Origin: Paragordius varius
Taxonomy: Eukaryota > Animalia > Nematomorpha
DNA: 64,000 nt
Assembly: GCA_964247055.1 (NCBI GenBank)
Contig: OZ176060.1
Span: 1,488,001-1,552,000, forward strand
Direction: 5' to 3'
Both the position numbers and the translations under genes were made by a program. Shown piece by piece: positions 13,085 through 27,329 of this stretch; within the stretch, counting starts at the first letter, position 1; every line of letters starts with the position of its first letter. The notes beneath the pieces are model-generated. The model worked only from the letters and a program-made list of their open reading frames with translations. It was not told where the DNA came from and did not search any database.

Positions 13085-15705
13085 TATACCATTTGTACTT
13101 CAAGGGTGTCCTTGAACACTTCAAGTTGGTCCTTGAACATTTCAAGTTGGTCCTTGAACAGTTCAAGTTGGTCCTTGACAATTCAAGTTGGTCCTTTAAC
13201 AATTCAAGTTGGTCCTTTAACAGTTCAAGTTGGTCCTTGAACATTTCAAGTTGGTCCTTGAACACTTCAATTTAATCCTTTGACTTTTTTGTTTTGTTTT
13301 TAACTTTTATCAATCAAATCGTAAATAATTCATCGATTTTATTATAACATAAATTTTAAATCAATATCAACTTTTAATCTTTGAGAAACCGTATATCCTT
13401 ATTGATTTCTTAAAATAATTTTGGATATTTATAAGATTATTCATGAAATGAAAAATATATAAGTTTTCTGAGTTATATACCATTTGCACTTCAAGAGTGT
13501 CCTTTAACACTTCATGGTCCTTGAACATTTCAAGTTGGTCCTTGAACACTTCAAGTTGGTCCTTAAAATTTATAAATTTTGATTTAACCATAATTTTTGC
13601 ATTTATTTTTTTATTTTATTATTTATTAACCTAATTTTTTTATTTATTATATATTTATTCATTTAAATAAAATTTTTTACTGAAAAACCTATACGGTTTT
13701 TCAAAGATTAAAAGTTGATATAGTTTTAATTTATGTTAAATAATAAAAATTAGGTTAAAAACAATAAAATAGGCGAATTATTAACGATTTGATTGATAAA
13801 AGTTAAAAAAAAGCAAAGGACCAACTTGAAGTGTTCAAGGACCAACTTGAAGTGTTCAAGGACACTCTTGAAGTGTTCAAGGACACTCTTGAAGTGCAAA
13901 CGGTATAAATTAAAATTTTGATTAAAAACAATTAAAAGTCAATAATTTTGTTTAATTGTAAAAAAATAGTTTGAAACAAAAAAAGTGGTTTTTCAATAAG
14001 GTTTTTCAAAGATTAAAAGTTGATATAGTTTTAATTTATGTTAAATAATAAAAATTAGGTTAAAAACAATAAAATAGGCGAATTATTAACGATTTGATTG
14101 ATAAAAGTTAAAAAAAAGCAAAGGACCAACTTGAAGTGTTCAAGGACACTCTTGAAGTGTTCAAGGAAACTCTTGAAGTGCAAATGGTATAAATTAAAAT
14201 TTTCACTAAAAACAATTAAAAGTCAATAATTTTGTTTAATTGTAAAAAAATAGTTTGAAACAAAAAAGGGTTTTTCAATAAATAATTTTATTTTAAAATG
14301 AATAAATATATAATAAATAAAAATTAGTTAATAAATGATAAAATAAAAAAAATAAATGCTAAAATTATGGTTGAATATAAATTTATAAATAAGGACCAAC
14401 TTGAAGTGTTCAAGGACCAACTTGAAATGTTCAAGGACCATGAAGTGTTCAAGGACACTCTTGAAGTGCAAATGGTATAAATTAAAATTTTTCATTAAAA
14501 ACAATTAAAAGTCAAAAATTTTGTTCAATAGTAAAAAATAGTTTGAAACAAAAAGTGGTTTTTCAAAAAAATTTATTTTAAAATGAATAAATATATAATA
14601 AATAAAGATTAGGTTAATAAATGATAAAATAAAAAAATAAATGTTAAAATTTTGGTTGAATTTAAATTTATAAATTTTAAGGACCAACTTGAATTGTTCA
14701 CTTGGACTGTTCAAGGACAAACTTGAATTGTTCACTTGGACTGTTCAAAGACCAACTTGAATTGTTCACTTAGACTGTTCAAGGACCAACTTGAAGTGTA
14801 CAAGGACCAACTTGAACTGTTCAAGGACCAACTTGAAATGTTAAAGGAGCAACTTGAAGTGTTCAAGTCTTGAAGTGCAAATGGTATATATGAAATATCG
14901 TATTACATATCTAGTAAAATTTATATAAGTGTTTTAAATGGAAAAGTTAAACAAAGAATCCCATTTGTCTAAAAACGCTCAGTTGCACATTAGATTAGTA
15001 TACTATTTGGACTTCAAGAGTGTACTTGTACACTTCAAGTTGTTCCTTGAACAGTTCAAGTTGGTCCTTGAACACTTCAAGTTGGTCCTTGAAAATACAA
15101 GTTGGTCCTTGAACATTTCAAGTTAGTCCTTGAACAGTTGGTCCTTTGGCTTTTTTGTTTTGTTTTTAACTTTTATCAATCAAATCGTAAATAATTCATC
15201 TATTTTATTGTTTTTAACCTATTTTCTATTATTTAATATAAAATTTAAATCGATATCAACTTTTAATTTTTGAAAAACCGTATATCTTATTTAATTTCTT
15301 AAAATAATTTTGGATGTTTATAAGATTTTAACACGAAATGAATAAATATATAAGTTTTCTGGGTTATTAATTGAAATTTTTCATTGAAAACATTTTAAAG
15401 TCAATAATTTTGTTCAATTAAAAAAAAAAGTTTGAAACAAAAAATGGTTTTCCAATAAAGAATTTTATTTTTAAATGTATAAATATATAATAAATAAAGA
15501 AAATAAGGTTAATAAATAAAAGAATAAAAAAATAAATGCAAAACTTATGTTTAAATCAAAATTTATAAATTTTAAGGACCAACTTGAAGTGTTCAAGGAC
15601 CCACTTGAATAGTTCAAAGACCAACTTGAACTGTTTAAAGACCAACTTGAAATGTTCAAGGACCAACTTGAAGTGTTCAAGGACACTTTTGAAGTGCAAA
15701 TGGTA
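13085..15705. mobile_element. Cluster of nested/tandem foldback-like MITEs with subterminal 21-bp minisatellites
   Basis: Eight arms begin ta|CCATTTGCACTTCAAGAGTGTCC and are followed by arrays of CACTTCAAGTTGGTCCTTGAA in alternating orientation. The complete unit is 15001-15705. Confidence 0.85.
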
Positions 15706-16602
15706 TCGGGATTTCCCTTCGGTAGTACAAATTTTTAATATTATTGATTTGAACTACAAGACTGTATAAAATACTTATTATTAAAAAATGAGTTTTTTAA
15801 ACTAGATTTCATTAAATACTTAAAAATATCTTAAAAAGGGTCAATTGCGATAATTTATATTTTCGAAAAGGCAGTTAATAAAATATAAATTTTTTATATA
15901 TGGGTCGGCAACGCGCGGAATCGTCACTCGGTCTAAATAATTATCTTTATATTTTATAGTATATATAAATTTTTACTGTGTCGTAATGCGTCCTCTCTTA
16001 TATTTTTTTAAAAATTATCAAACTAATTGTTTTAATATCATAAGCCAAATCATTTATATAAACAAACATTTAAACATAAATTTTATTAAATCAAGGCTTA
16101 GATACATAGACAGATAAAATGCAGAATTTTTGTAAATCATGCTGGTGTCATGTTTTAATAATTTATTATTCTCAATAATGAAAAACTCCAGTACTTTTAT
16201 AATTAAGTAAATTAATTTGTCGTTTTCATAATCGATGGATGGTAATATGAAGCAACGACAATAATTATCTTTGGGAGAAAAACAAAAAGTCAAATACGTC
16301 CTTAATTAATTTTCCATGAATCAATGTGAACAAGAAACATAAACGCACCTATGCTTTTATTATTCCCTTTTCTATCAAAGATTGAACTCAAATAATATCA
16401 CGGCTGAACTATTTCTAAATATAAGTTATATAGTTCTGCTTCAGTTTGAAAAATTCTGAGGGATGATTAATCCTGATTTATAGTTTCTGCTACAATATGT
16501 ATATTTAAATAGATTATTGTAACTTGTCTTTGTTCTGGAAAATAATTAATTTTCAAAATTTTGATAGCAAATTTAGATTATGTTTATATTTATACTCTAG
16601 AA

Positions 16603-16888
16603 AAGGGTTATTTAACACAATCTTGTGAGTCGCATTTTCGATTCAAAAACTGACTGGCCGCATTTCAAATTTATATTTAAGCATTCATAAATATTTTGTT
16701 TGATTTAAAACGTAAGACTAAAATGCAAACAGAAAACAATGTTTTCTTGTTCGTTTTGCAAATCGAATGGATTTATTCAGAATTTTTTTTGAGAAATATC
16801 AATTTTATAAAGAATTATAAGCGTGTTTTAGCAAATTTTTGGCAAGCCGCACATTAAATCTTGGAGGGCCGCATGTTGGCCACCTCTG
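16603..16888. mobile_element. hAT MITE with perfect 8-bp TSD CTCTAGAA
   Basis: TSD at 16595-16602 and 16889-16896; right TIR gttggccacctctg; gggccgca subterminal motifs. The left TIR is degenerate. Confidence 0.7.
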
Positions 16889-16896
16889 CTCTAGAA

Positions 16897-17194
16897 CAAA
16901 GATAACCAAAAGAATTTAAAGGGCCGCAAAAAAATATTTATCTTGTCTCAAGGGCCATACACCAAACATAGATAAAACCATAAGGTTTACAACATATAGA
17001 ATATTTATACTCTAATAAAGTGTATCAAAATTTAGAAAATAATTCAAGGCCATGCACTTTAAAGACTGCACACAGCTAATGGTTTTACCACGGCTCTTAA
17101 TTATTTTAAAATATCATTTAGTTACACTAAAAGGTTTGGCACCTATTATTTTGTTATCGAAAATGCGCCCGTCCAAAAGGTATGCCGACCCCTG
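16897..17194. mobile_element. Second hAT MITE abutting the first
   Basis: Right TIR tgccgacccctg|ttctagtg; gggccgc/gggccat motifs near the left end. Confidence 0.55.
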
Positions 17195-19509
17195 TTCTAG
17201 TGTTAATAATAGTGCTAAGCAATTGATTGTTTTTCAAATTTTGTAGATTTTCAAACATTTAGCTTTAAGTTAATATCCTTTTTTTGGATCCCAACTAGGC
17301 ACCTATAGGGTCACTGTTAATATTGTAATAGATAATTTTTGCTGGATTTGTTATTAAATTAATTCATTTTTAATACAACTTAAATTTAATTTATCGGAAA
17401 CACAGTGTTAAATGTGATCTGATAGGCTGCGTTTAGCAGTACAGTGATAGATTTAAAAAAACAGCGCCTGTACTGCGCTGATTTTCGTACTCCTTTTTGA
17501 AATTTAAAAAACAATAATTTTTTTAATATATAAAATTACCTTTTATTTGTACAAAATAATTATTTTAGAATTTGTTTTTGTTATCTAAGATTGGCGGTCA
17601 AACCGCTTTATAATATTTTTATGCACCCATATTTAAATTTAACATATAAGACGATGTCCACAAAATAATATCCTAATGAGATAATATTCTGAATGGAAAA
17701 TATATTAGGATTATCGTAGTAATTATGGTTATAGCTTCTGCGTGATTTGAGAAAGTACCACTTTTGGAATAACTCCATATCAGATTAATTTAAGCACATT
17801 TTGAAAGATATATACTTCATAACTAAAATTAAAGTATATCATAAAGTACATATTCAAAACTATATCTCTTAAAAACGCAAAAATAGCGATATGGCGCAAT
17901 AAAAATTTTAAGTAAATGCTAAATATTGATATCAACTAAAAATATATTAATTTTAGCATTTTGTTAAGGCGTGCTCCAACGATATTGAGACCTAATGGTA
18001 ATTATTATAGAAACACTTTTTCTATATAATTCGATGAGGCTAAACAATCGCTTCATTTTAATTTAAAGGTTTTGCTTTCAATTGGGTAATTGAAAAAAAA
18101 ACATTTTAAATTCAACATAATGAAGACGAAATGTATTAATCAAAAATCTGAGGTTATATAAATGTACAGCATAATCGAAATATAGGGATGTTTTAATATC
18201 GTGTTTTGACCTATTTCATCACGCCTAAAATTATTATAAAGTACAATCATCAAATTTAATTGAATTTTTTTAAAAAAATTTTTTTACAAATTTTTTATGA
18301 AATCTCAACATTTTTTTTATTCTACAAAATTAGCTAGTTAAGAAAAGCCAAAAAATACCACATCTAAAAAATATGTTTTAATTTATGTATATAAATGATA
18401 TTTAGCTTTCAAAAATTTATTTAAAAAAATATGTGCGAAATTCGCCCATTTCCAATTAACATTTACCACATATGTGCAAACAACTTTCTTATCTTTGATA
18501 CAAAAAATCATTTCAGTCCTGAATCACATTGAGCACCCTGTTTAAATCAAAAATTTTTAATATGGAACAAATTGAAACAATTGCAGCACTTATATAAAAT
18601 TGATGCACCGATATATAAAAAAAGATTAATTTAAAAAACTTGGCATACTTATTTTATGGATAAACCCGAATGTAAAAATATAACGCACATGTGCATTAGT
18701 TAAATATAAAAATGATTCAAAATAAACCATTTTTGTGTTTAATTAATCTTAGATGCAATTTCATTACATCAAAAAAGACACCATATTTTGCAAAATGTTG
18801 AAATTAAAATAGCGTCGAAACAGTTTTTTATAAGGATTTTTTAAAACTAATATTTATATAAATATTTTGGCTTTTTATAGAGTTTTTATCATAGAAGCAT
18901 AATTTTAAATGGAATCGTCTACTTCAATAGTTTTTTAAATATATTAATTTAAATAATGCATGAGGTTTTTAGATACCCAATTTCAAATTATTTGATGATT
19001 ATATAATGGTTGATGTACCATTATTCTAGCCGTCATCATCATCTCGATGTTCAGAAACTAACCTAAATATATTCTTAGTTTAATACAGTGCACTGTATAA
19101 CAATTATCTGAAATATTTGGAATGCTATTTATACACCATCATGAAAATTTTAACTTTTAGTCCAAGTGAAATAGATATAGACACACCTTCGATACAATCA
19201 AAATAAAAAAACTGTTAATTATTTTTCCCGTTATATATGATCAGGTTGAATCTGTAAAGGTTTTACTTGGTTATATTTTTCCGATTATATCGAATACCAT
19301 TATATTTTGTTATTAATATTATATATATTTATATATATATATTGTAAAAAATATTGATTGCGTTTTTACATAATTTATAAATGACATTATAGCCATATTT
19401 GTAAAAAAGCAGACGAATAATATTTTATCGTCTGAATAATATACAAGATTTTATCAGTGATAAATTTAAATATTAAAAAGTTAAGCAGAGTTTCAACTTA
19501 TTAATTGAA

Positions 19510-19885
19510 AATTTTCATACAGTATCTATATATTTATTGAAATGGAAAATGCTTGGCTTTGTCATCTGTTTCCGGAAAACAGGTAGACCCATTCAAATCC
19601 AAATGTCGAAAAAATATATGCCCTGACAATAGCTTCGCCCTTTTTTGAATTAGGTAAATAGCCATACGAGTTCAATAAAAGCTTTAAATATTACCCATAA
19701 AAAGCTAAAAATTTTAGTATAGCGGTTTTTTCCGTTAGCCGTCAATTTGGGGCCTTTACACCAGTAAACAATATATTAGTATGAATGCAACGTTTAGAAA
19801 AACCTATGAGATCATAGAATAATGTTTCGAAATAATGCACATGCATGGATTTTTTTATTGATCACTTTTTAAATAGCCCCCTAGT
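19510..19885. repeat. Internally deleted copy of the repeat family at 40000-42210
   Basis: 19515-19660 matches 41270-41410 (tctgtttccggaaaac...gacaatagcttcgcc); 19660-19880 matches 41985-42205. Confidence 0.75.
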
Positions 19886-20049
19886 AATATATAAAAGAGA
19901 GCTGTTAATTTAAAAATATAGTTAGTGTAGACGCCTGTTGGATAACTACTGTAATAAAAGTATTTTTGGTCTCCTTCAGTTTTAGATAAACGACTTAGTT
20001 TTACAGTTTTTGACGTCTACAGTCCCAAGATCATTAAAATCGATCGATA

Positions 20050-20810
20050 TCACTGGTAAATAATAATTTGAAAGCTTATTAATTATTTATATTCAACCAT
20101 AATAAACATATATTTGCCTGTTGTACGATTTTAAAAAATTTCAAAGAAAAAAATGGCGGCGAAAAAGTTTAAGGTGAGGATTTATTACTATTTTAAATTG
20201 CTTTAATTTTTTGTATCATGTGCTAACACATTTGATTCAAATTGGGGTATCTAAATAGCCCAGACTAAATTTGAGTTAGGATTTTCAAACTACTGAATGA
20301 AACCGTCCCAATTTTATGCTTCTAGCCTAATATAAATTATATAAATGCCAAAATATCTAAATAATTTAGTTTTGTTTTGAAAAAAAGTTTCATGTCAAAC
20401 TACTTCGACGCCATTTTGATTTGACAAAATTTTTGTAAAATATCGTTTTCATTTAATTTTAAGGGTAAAATTGAAGCTATTTTATATTTAAATTACATCA
20501 CATTGATAGAAATAGAAAAAGCAGTTTATTTTGTATTATTTCATAATTTTACCATTTCATACATATCACGTTGACTAAATTTTTACCTTTACGTTTTAGC
20601 TTAAAGTAAGTAGTATCAAGTATTTTTGATTAAAATTTTTTATATTTCAGATTATGATGTTATATAAGTGCAAAATTTTGCCATGATTTCGATTCTTGTC
20701 ATAATTTTTAAAGAATTTAATTTTAAACAGGCATGGGGTATCTAACTACCCCTATTTGAATCAAAGGACTGAAATGAATGAGTTGTTTCAAGTGTTAAAA
20801 GGATAAAGAA
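20050..20810. repeat. Dispersed repeat/MITE with internal inverted repeat
   Basis: tttgattcaaattggggtatctaaata (20232) is inverted relative to tatctaactacccctatttgaatcaaa (20739). Related pieces at ~1220-1390, 11440-11550, 48460-48530 and 62560-62640. Confidence 0.5.
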
Positions 20811-20972
20811 AGCCTGTATTTAAATTCGGACTAATTTAAATAACTTTTGGGGTTAAATTACCTAAAAGATTGGGAAGTGCGTATATATAAGAATCATACG
20901 CATATGTAGGAAACATCGTATAAAATAAGATAAATATATTAATTTTAAACAATAGTAACGCATCTTCTAAAT

Positions 20973-23900
20973 CAGTGGTGTTCAACACAAATGGCTTGAA
21001 GAGCCACCTTTTCCACCTCGAACTTCCAAAGAGCCACTTTTTATTTATATATATCAAGACTTTGGTAACAAATAAATTTATTATATTAACATATAGATGT
21101 GGTAATTTTCATATCAAAAAGAAAATAAACAGTATAAATATAATAATGCTTTGCTAATTAAATTATATCAATGTGTAAAAAAAGATAAAAATACATGGAT
21201 ATGGTAAACTTATTGCAATTCGATAGTATGACTAGAGTAGACTGTGGCGAATTTAATCGCCAAAATGTAACCTTATTTATTCAGACAGCGAGTTTATCAT
21301 GAGGTGCGTACATGAAATTATAAAATGTGTTTTAAGTATTTCGCGCGATACAAGATCACGATGAATCAAGCAATGGACCTGACTTATAAGAAAGTACATA
21401 AAAGCACACATAGCATCCTCAATTGATAGTCTCTACAAAAGGAATGTTACCTTCTTAAAGGGAGATGATAATCACTGGAACGTACGTTCATTAACAGAAA
21501 CAGGTAATAATTGAAAAGAAAATGGAAAGATTGAACTTAGATCTATTGGGACGAACGGAAACCAAGCAAAAAGGTAGCGCGAAAGCACAAAACGAAAATT
21601 ATACATTGTTAAGATCGGGGAGAGATGACAAGAAATCAGAAGGCGTTGCAGTATTAATAAAAAACAAATTAAATAAAAGTCTCATTAGTTATACACCATA
21701 TACGCCCAGAATCATGATTAGGCTGAATGCCAAGCCACTTTAATTTACATACATAGTAGTCTATGCTCCTACGTCAAACGTTCCCAAAGAAGACATAGAA
21801 GATTTTTATGCAACGTTGCAAATAGTTTTGGATGAAACGAAGAAAGGAGATATGATTATCATAGGAGGTGATTGGAACAGCAAAGTTGGTAAAGGTAGAG
21901 TATATCAAATAGTCAGGCCATATGGATTGGGAGAACGAAACGAGGCCGGGGAAGCACGGATCAATTTTTGTCAAGAAAATGAGATGATGATAACCAACAA
22001 TGGTTTCCACAACACAATAACCAAATTGATTACATAATATGTCCTCAAAAATGGAAAAGCTCTATACTCGATACCAAAACAAGCAAAAGCAGCGATTGCT
22101 CTAGCTATCATGAGCTTTTAGTAACCAATATCAAACTTAAAATAATTAAATTAGGTAAAACAAACATACAGATACGACACTCGGAACATCCCAAATAGTT
22201 TTAGAACAGAAACGAAAGATACATTAGAAAGATTGGACAACGAATGTAGCTCAGAACAATTATGGGGAACGATAAAAAATGTTATTAATGAAGTGGCAAA
22301 AGAAAAAGTGCAGAGAGTAAAGAGGAAAGATAACAAATGGATATCAAAAAGGAGCTTAGAGATAGCAGAGAAGAGGAGAAAAGCTAAATCAAGAGGTGAT
22401 AATAAAATGGTTAAATTATATAACAAAGAATTTCAACGACAAACTAGGAAGGATTATGAAGATTTTCTTAATAAACAATGTCTGGAAGTGGAATTAAATA
22501 ACAAAAAAGGATTAATGCAACCAATGTTCCAGAAACTGAAGCAAATGACTCATAAACCTTTTATATCATCACAAAAGATTAAAAAAGAGAAACAATATTG
22601 TGCAAACAAACAGAAGTACGAGAAAGATGGAAGGAATACACCCAAAAACTCTATCAGGCTCCTCAAGCAAAAGTGTTGCAATTAAAAGAAGAACGTGATC
22701 CAGATATACTAAGAGAAGAGGTTTAGCCTTAAAACAAATTCCTAACAACAAAGCGATGGGATTAGACAATATTCTATTAGAGTTTATAAAAGCTATTCTG
22801 TAGAAACGTTACACCAGCTATGTCAAAAAATGTGGGAAACATGTAAGTGGCCAAACGACTGGATATCATCTGTATATCCAATATACAAAAAAGGTGATCT
22901 ACTCTAGTGCGAAAACTACCGAAACATATCTCTTATTAGCCACGCTAGTAAGGTCTTACTAAATATATACAAAACAGGATGCACAGTATCATACAGTCAG
23001 AAATACCAGAAAATCAAGCCGGATTTATGAAGTGAAAAAGCACAAGAAACCATATCTCAAACATGAGAAGGATAATGGTAACATCTAAAGAGTTCCAGAA
23101 AAAATTATACATGTGCTTTATTGATTACAGACAAGCCTTCAATTCGATAAATTATGACTCCTTGTGGAAAACATTAAAGTTAGTAGGGGGATCGTCCCAC
23201 TTAATAAAATTGATTAGCTCTCTCTATTTAAAACAAAGAGCGATAATAAGAACATCAGCGGGGGACACAGATGAAATACCTATCTTGAAAGGAGTCAGAT
23301 AAACTGTTGCTTATCCATCTGTTCAATATGTCCACAGAAATGATAATGAGGAAGTTAGATGGTAAAAATATTGGAGTAAGAATAGGAGGGAGAACAATCA
23401 ATAATTTAAAGTTTGCAGACGATACCACTCTTATAGCTGAAAGTGTAACTGATTTGAAGGAATTGATTGAAGAGATTCAAAAGGAAAGTTTGAGTTATGG
23501 TCTTAAGTTTAATCCTAACAAAACCAAGATAATATGCACTGGAGAAAAGCCTACAATTTTTATAGAAGGAGTAGAAATAGAAATAGTTAAACAGCTGACG
23601 TTTTTGGGCGCAATAATTTAAGAGGATGGGTCTTCAACTCCTGACATCAGAAAGAGAATAGGATTGGGTAGAGAAGCGATGACCAAATTAATAAAGATTT
23701 GGAAAAACAAAAGCGTAGGAGTTGAAACCAAAAAAAGATTACTCTACTGTTTCGTTCTCCCGGTCACCACATATGGATGTGAGAGTTGGACTCTCAGAAA
23801 AAGGGAAAAAGAAAGGCTCATGGTTTTTGAAAGGAGCTGCTGGCGTGATGCTAGGATACAACTGGAAGGATAAAATTAAGAATGGAAATCTAACTTCAGA

Positions 23901-25310
23901 AATAAAACCTAAACAAAAATCCTGGAGATAATTCTAAAAAGAAAGTTAACATATTTTGGTCATGTCATGCGATCGAATTCTCTAGAGAAGGATACAATTG
24001 GGAAGATAGAAGGGCAAAGGAAACGAGACCGACCACCGATGAGGTGGTTGGATACGATAAAAGAAGAGACTAAAATGACATTAAACGATCTCAATATAGC
24101 GGTAAAAGATAAAAGAAAATGGAAAGAAATAGTTAAAACTATATCCAAAAAGTCGTTTACGACTTAGGAAAAACCAACCAACCAAAATAACAACAGATAT
24201 GATCCGGTAACCACAATGTTATTCATCGCGACAAGGCTTCTGAATGAGCAGGATATCAGGTCTAGCCTGAAATGCTCTTCTGTGATGTGTGCCCCATTGA
24301 TCCAAAGAGTATTAGTTAACTCAAGACAGGTGCAACGGATGCGGAAAAATTCCCTTTATAGCAATTTTAGTTTTGCTCAAGAGGCGAAGATTTTTTATGT
24401 AACAAAATGGCTTTGCATTGTTTTCCACTCATTTTTGTTATTCGATTTATTCATTAAATAAATATTTATTATAGAGTTGTACTTTAACAGTATCACGGGA
24501 CTGAAAGTTTGCCTTATTGTATATATGATCGCCTTTATAGGCAAAATGCTTCCGCTTTGGATTACAAAATAAAACCACTATATCTACAACTCGTTGCTGT
24601 GACATTGTAACAGGATTTCACTAGTCATGTGGTTTTCACTTCATTTAAATTGTGTGGTGAACCCATTACGAGTTGTCCATCCCATTACTCTCCATCTATA
24701 TTATTTGTGGTATAAGTAAAGCTTCTGCCAATTGCGGTGAGCTTCAGTTGGGTCATCATCCAATTACTATTGCACTTGATCGTCTTTGTAGTTGTGCGGT
24801 CGACCAGAGCGCCCACACTCTTTTATAATCATACAATATTTAAAACCATTTACATGTCTTGATAGGAGCATGTTCTCCTTACGATCATGCAATTAAACGA
24901 TAACGGTCAACTGTCTTTTTCTTCTGATGGAAACCCACCGCATATGTTATTTTTCAGACACAATTTGCCATGGTAATTGAATGTTAAAAACAAGGCGTTA
25001 GGTTTTGTTAACCAATTGTAAGTTTTTGTCTAACGAAATTGAGTCTGTATAAATCTGCGTACTTTTGCTGACATCTCTAGTTACATCGGTAATAACTTAT
25101 GAGTACACCTGGTTATGTAGTATGCTTATTCAGTGAAATTCGGATTGATAAACATGCCGGCTTTCTTAAAAAATTGGTGTCGCGTTGCAGATAGAGAAAT
25201 ATTAACTGATTTTAAGTAGTCTCTGTTTTTCAAAAGCTTCCTTCATAATTATCTAATTGGTGAAACTTTATTTATCTAAAATAATTTACAGAGCTTCCAC
25301 GTTTTTAAAC
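20973..25310 (-). mobile_element. Probable old hAT element split by the RTE insertion
   Basis: cagtggtgttcaac terminus at 20973. A highly degenerate transposase-like translation is seen on the minus strand at 24200-25200; the far end is not clearly identifiable. Confidence 0.3.
21400..24186 (+). mobile_element. RTE-clade (BovB-like) non-LTR retrotransposon, near full length, inactivated
   Basis: AP endonuclease motifs WNVRSL, GVAVLI, VYAPT, GDWNSKVG; RT motifs PIYKKGD, QAGFM, FIDYRQAF, FADDTT; (AACC)n-like tail at 24170-24186. Many stops and frameshifts. Confidence 0.92.
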
Positions 25311-26149
25311 TAGGTCTAAAAGTCAAAATTAGATGTTTAAATTACAATTTGTAAAATTGTATATGGTGTTTAAATATGAATAAATTAACCAAACTATCAG
25401 ATACATCTAAAACGCTTTACTTTTGCCCCATTTAACTTTTTGCAGGGAACTATGTTCAAATGTTATTATAAAAAATAGTGGCCTTTAATATTATCAAGCA
25501 GCATGTGTCTGTTAACTTTTCCTTTTGGGGTAGTTTTGTCATCATTTTTAATATCAAATATTTCAATAATAATTATGATATTGGAGCAATTTTAAAGGAT
25601 AGACTCTTTAGTTTACAAGTATTAATATATATGTCCTATTGTTAAAACCTTCATTTCAGCTAAATATTATTGTTTTTGAATATAAAAGAGGCTAATATTG
25701 TAAAAAATATTTGTTATTAAGTTAACACTTGGCAACAACACATTTATATCAGTCCTTTGATTTTGGAGTTGATGAATCCAGGCCTGTTTAAATCAAATAT
25801 TTTAAAAATAGTTAATAAATTTAAACCATTTTGTTTAACCTTGATGCACTGAAATATATAATAAATTAATCAAAAATGATATTACTTACATATTTTATAT
25901 ATAAACTTGAAGGTAAAAATTTAGGTAGGATGGCAAGTGTGCAATAGCTAAATATAATATACGAAAAACAAACCTTTTTATGTTTACACTGTATTAAATG
26001 TGATTTTAATTGAAAATTAAATTTAATTTAGCGCAAGAATAACGCGATATTTTAAAAATCTTATAAAATAATAATAATAGGGGTGAAGTAGTTAGATATG
26101 AGATTCTTCTTCAAAACCAAATTTAATTAAGAAATTAGGTTAATTATAT

Positions 26150-27055
26150 ACTTTTTTTAAAAGCATAAAAATTGGAACCAGCCTTTTCAGTAGTTTTTTA
26201 TTATAACAATTAAAAAATCGACAGTACCTAGCTTCTCCAATGAATCGAAGCATTTTTAATAATTATTTTATGTAATTGAGAAAATTCATTGTAAAACTTT
26301 TATTGCAAAAACTATTGTATATCGCTTAAAAGCGCTAGAAATACAGTTCCGATATTTTATATTAAATATTGATTTACAAAAAATAGTTCGGATTTAAAAG
26401 CCGTTATGGATTGGCTTAAGGGAGATCGATCATCTGCCACTTAAAGTTTAAAAAAATTTGCTGAGCTTTCGTGTGACAAACTAATACTACAATTCAAAAA
26501 AATCCCTTGACTAAATTCTGAATCGGTAATCAAAAGATATTTCCCAGAATCACCGATATGGCGTTAAATGCAATTCCGCCATTCAACATCACATATTTGT
26601 GTGAAGTTACTTTCTCAGCTTTAACAAACATTGAATCCAAATATCGTCAGCGATAAAAAATGTTGAAGAAGTCTTACGTCCAGCAGTCAAACTTTACACC
26701 AAGATTTGATTTGTTCTGCAATAAAAAACAGGCACATCCATCTCATTAAATTTTTAACGTAATTAATTTATTATTTACGCAACTACTTGAATTATTCGAG
26801 AGAGTTAAGACGGTCAAAATCCACTTTTTTTTGAAACTATAACAAAAACATTTCTATAACATTTTGTTCAAATTTCAATTTTAGATTTTTATATGTTTCA
26901 AAACGAATTCTAAATTTATATATTTTCATATGCATATGTATCTTTCTAATAAATATAGCATCAAAAAATATTAATTTATTTTTCTTTTGTATTTGTTGGG
27001 GTCGTTAAGAAACTCGCAATCATTAATAACAGTTTAAGAAGCTTGTAGAGCACTG
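26150..27055 (+). mobile_element. hAT Buster/Charlie-like element, 3' part
   Basis: Degenerate C-terminal dimerisation domain (ELSCD...TYLCEVTFSALT...LRPAV...RFDLFC..KQAHPSH*), then TIR-like ttgtagagcactg at 27043-27055. Confidence 0.8.
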
Positions 27056-27329
27056 TAAATAAAGAATAAAAATATATTTGGATAGATAAATTATATTTAC
27101 GTGTTAAGTACTTCCACGATTTATTTTTCCGAAAACTGAATAAAAATTCATGTTGAATCCAAAATTAAGGATCAATTATTAAAGTATTTATTTTTACTTT
27201 AAATAATTAATACAAGGGCAAAAAAGTGAGAAAAATAAGCGGATTCTGTACATAAATTTGCTTTTCATTTAGCATGAAGGATATTTTTTAATTTTATTGT
27301 GGTTGAGCTTGTAATCGGTTATCGACCAT

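Noticed and set aside
13085-15705. CRISPR-like array of short palindromic repeats
   Set aside because: The 21-bp units abut with no unique spacers, lie in inverted MITE arms, have no cas genes nearby, and the context is eukaryotic.
13026-15769. ORFs such as MFKDQLEMFKDQLE.. and HFKLVLE..
   Set aside because: These are stop-free translations of a 21-bp (3n) minisatellite, open in several frames on both strands.
16054-16293. 79-aa minus-strand ORF
   Set aside because: No domain, no ATG start and no convincing splice partners.
25440-25600. KTTPKGKVNR resembling an AMP-binding enzyme C-terminus (minus strand)
   Set aside because: The open frame is only ~40 codons and there are no other adenylation motifs.
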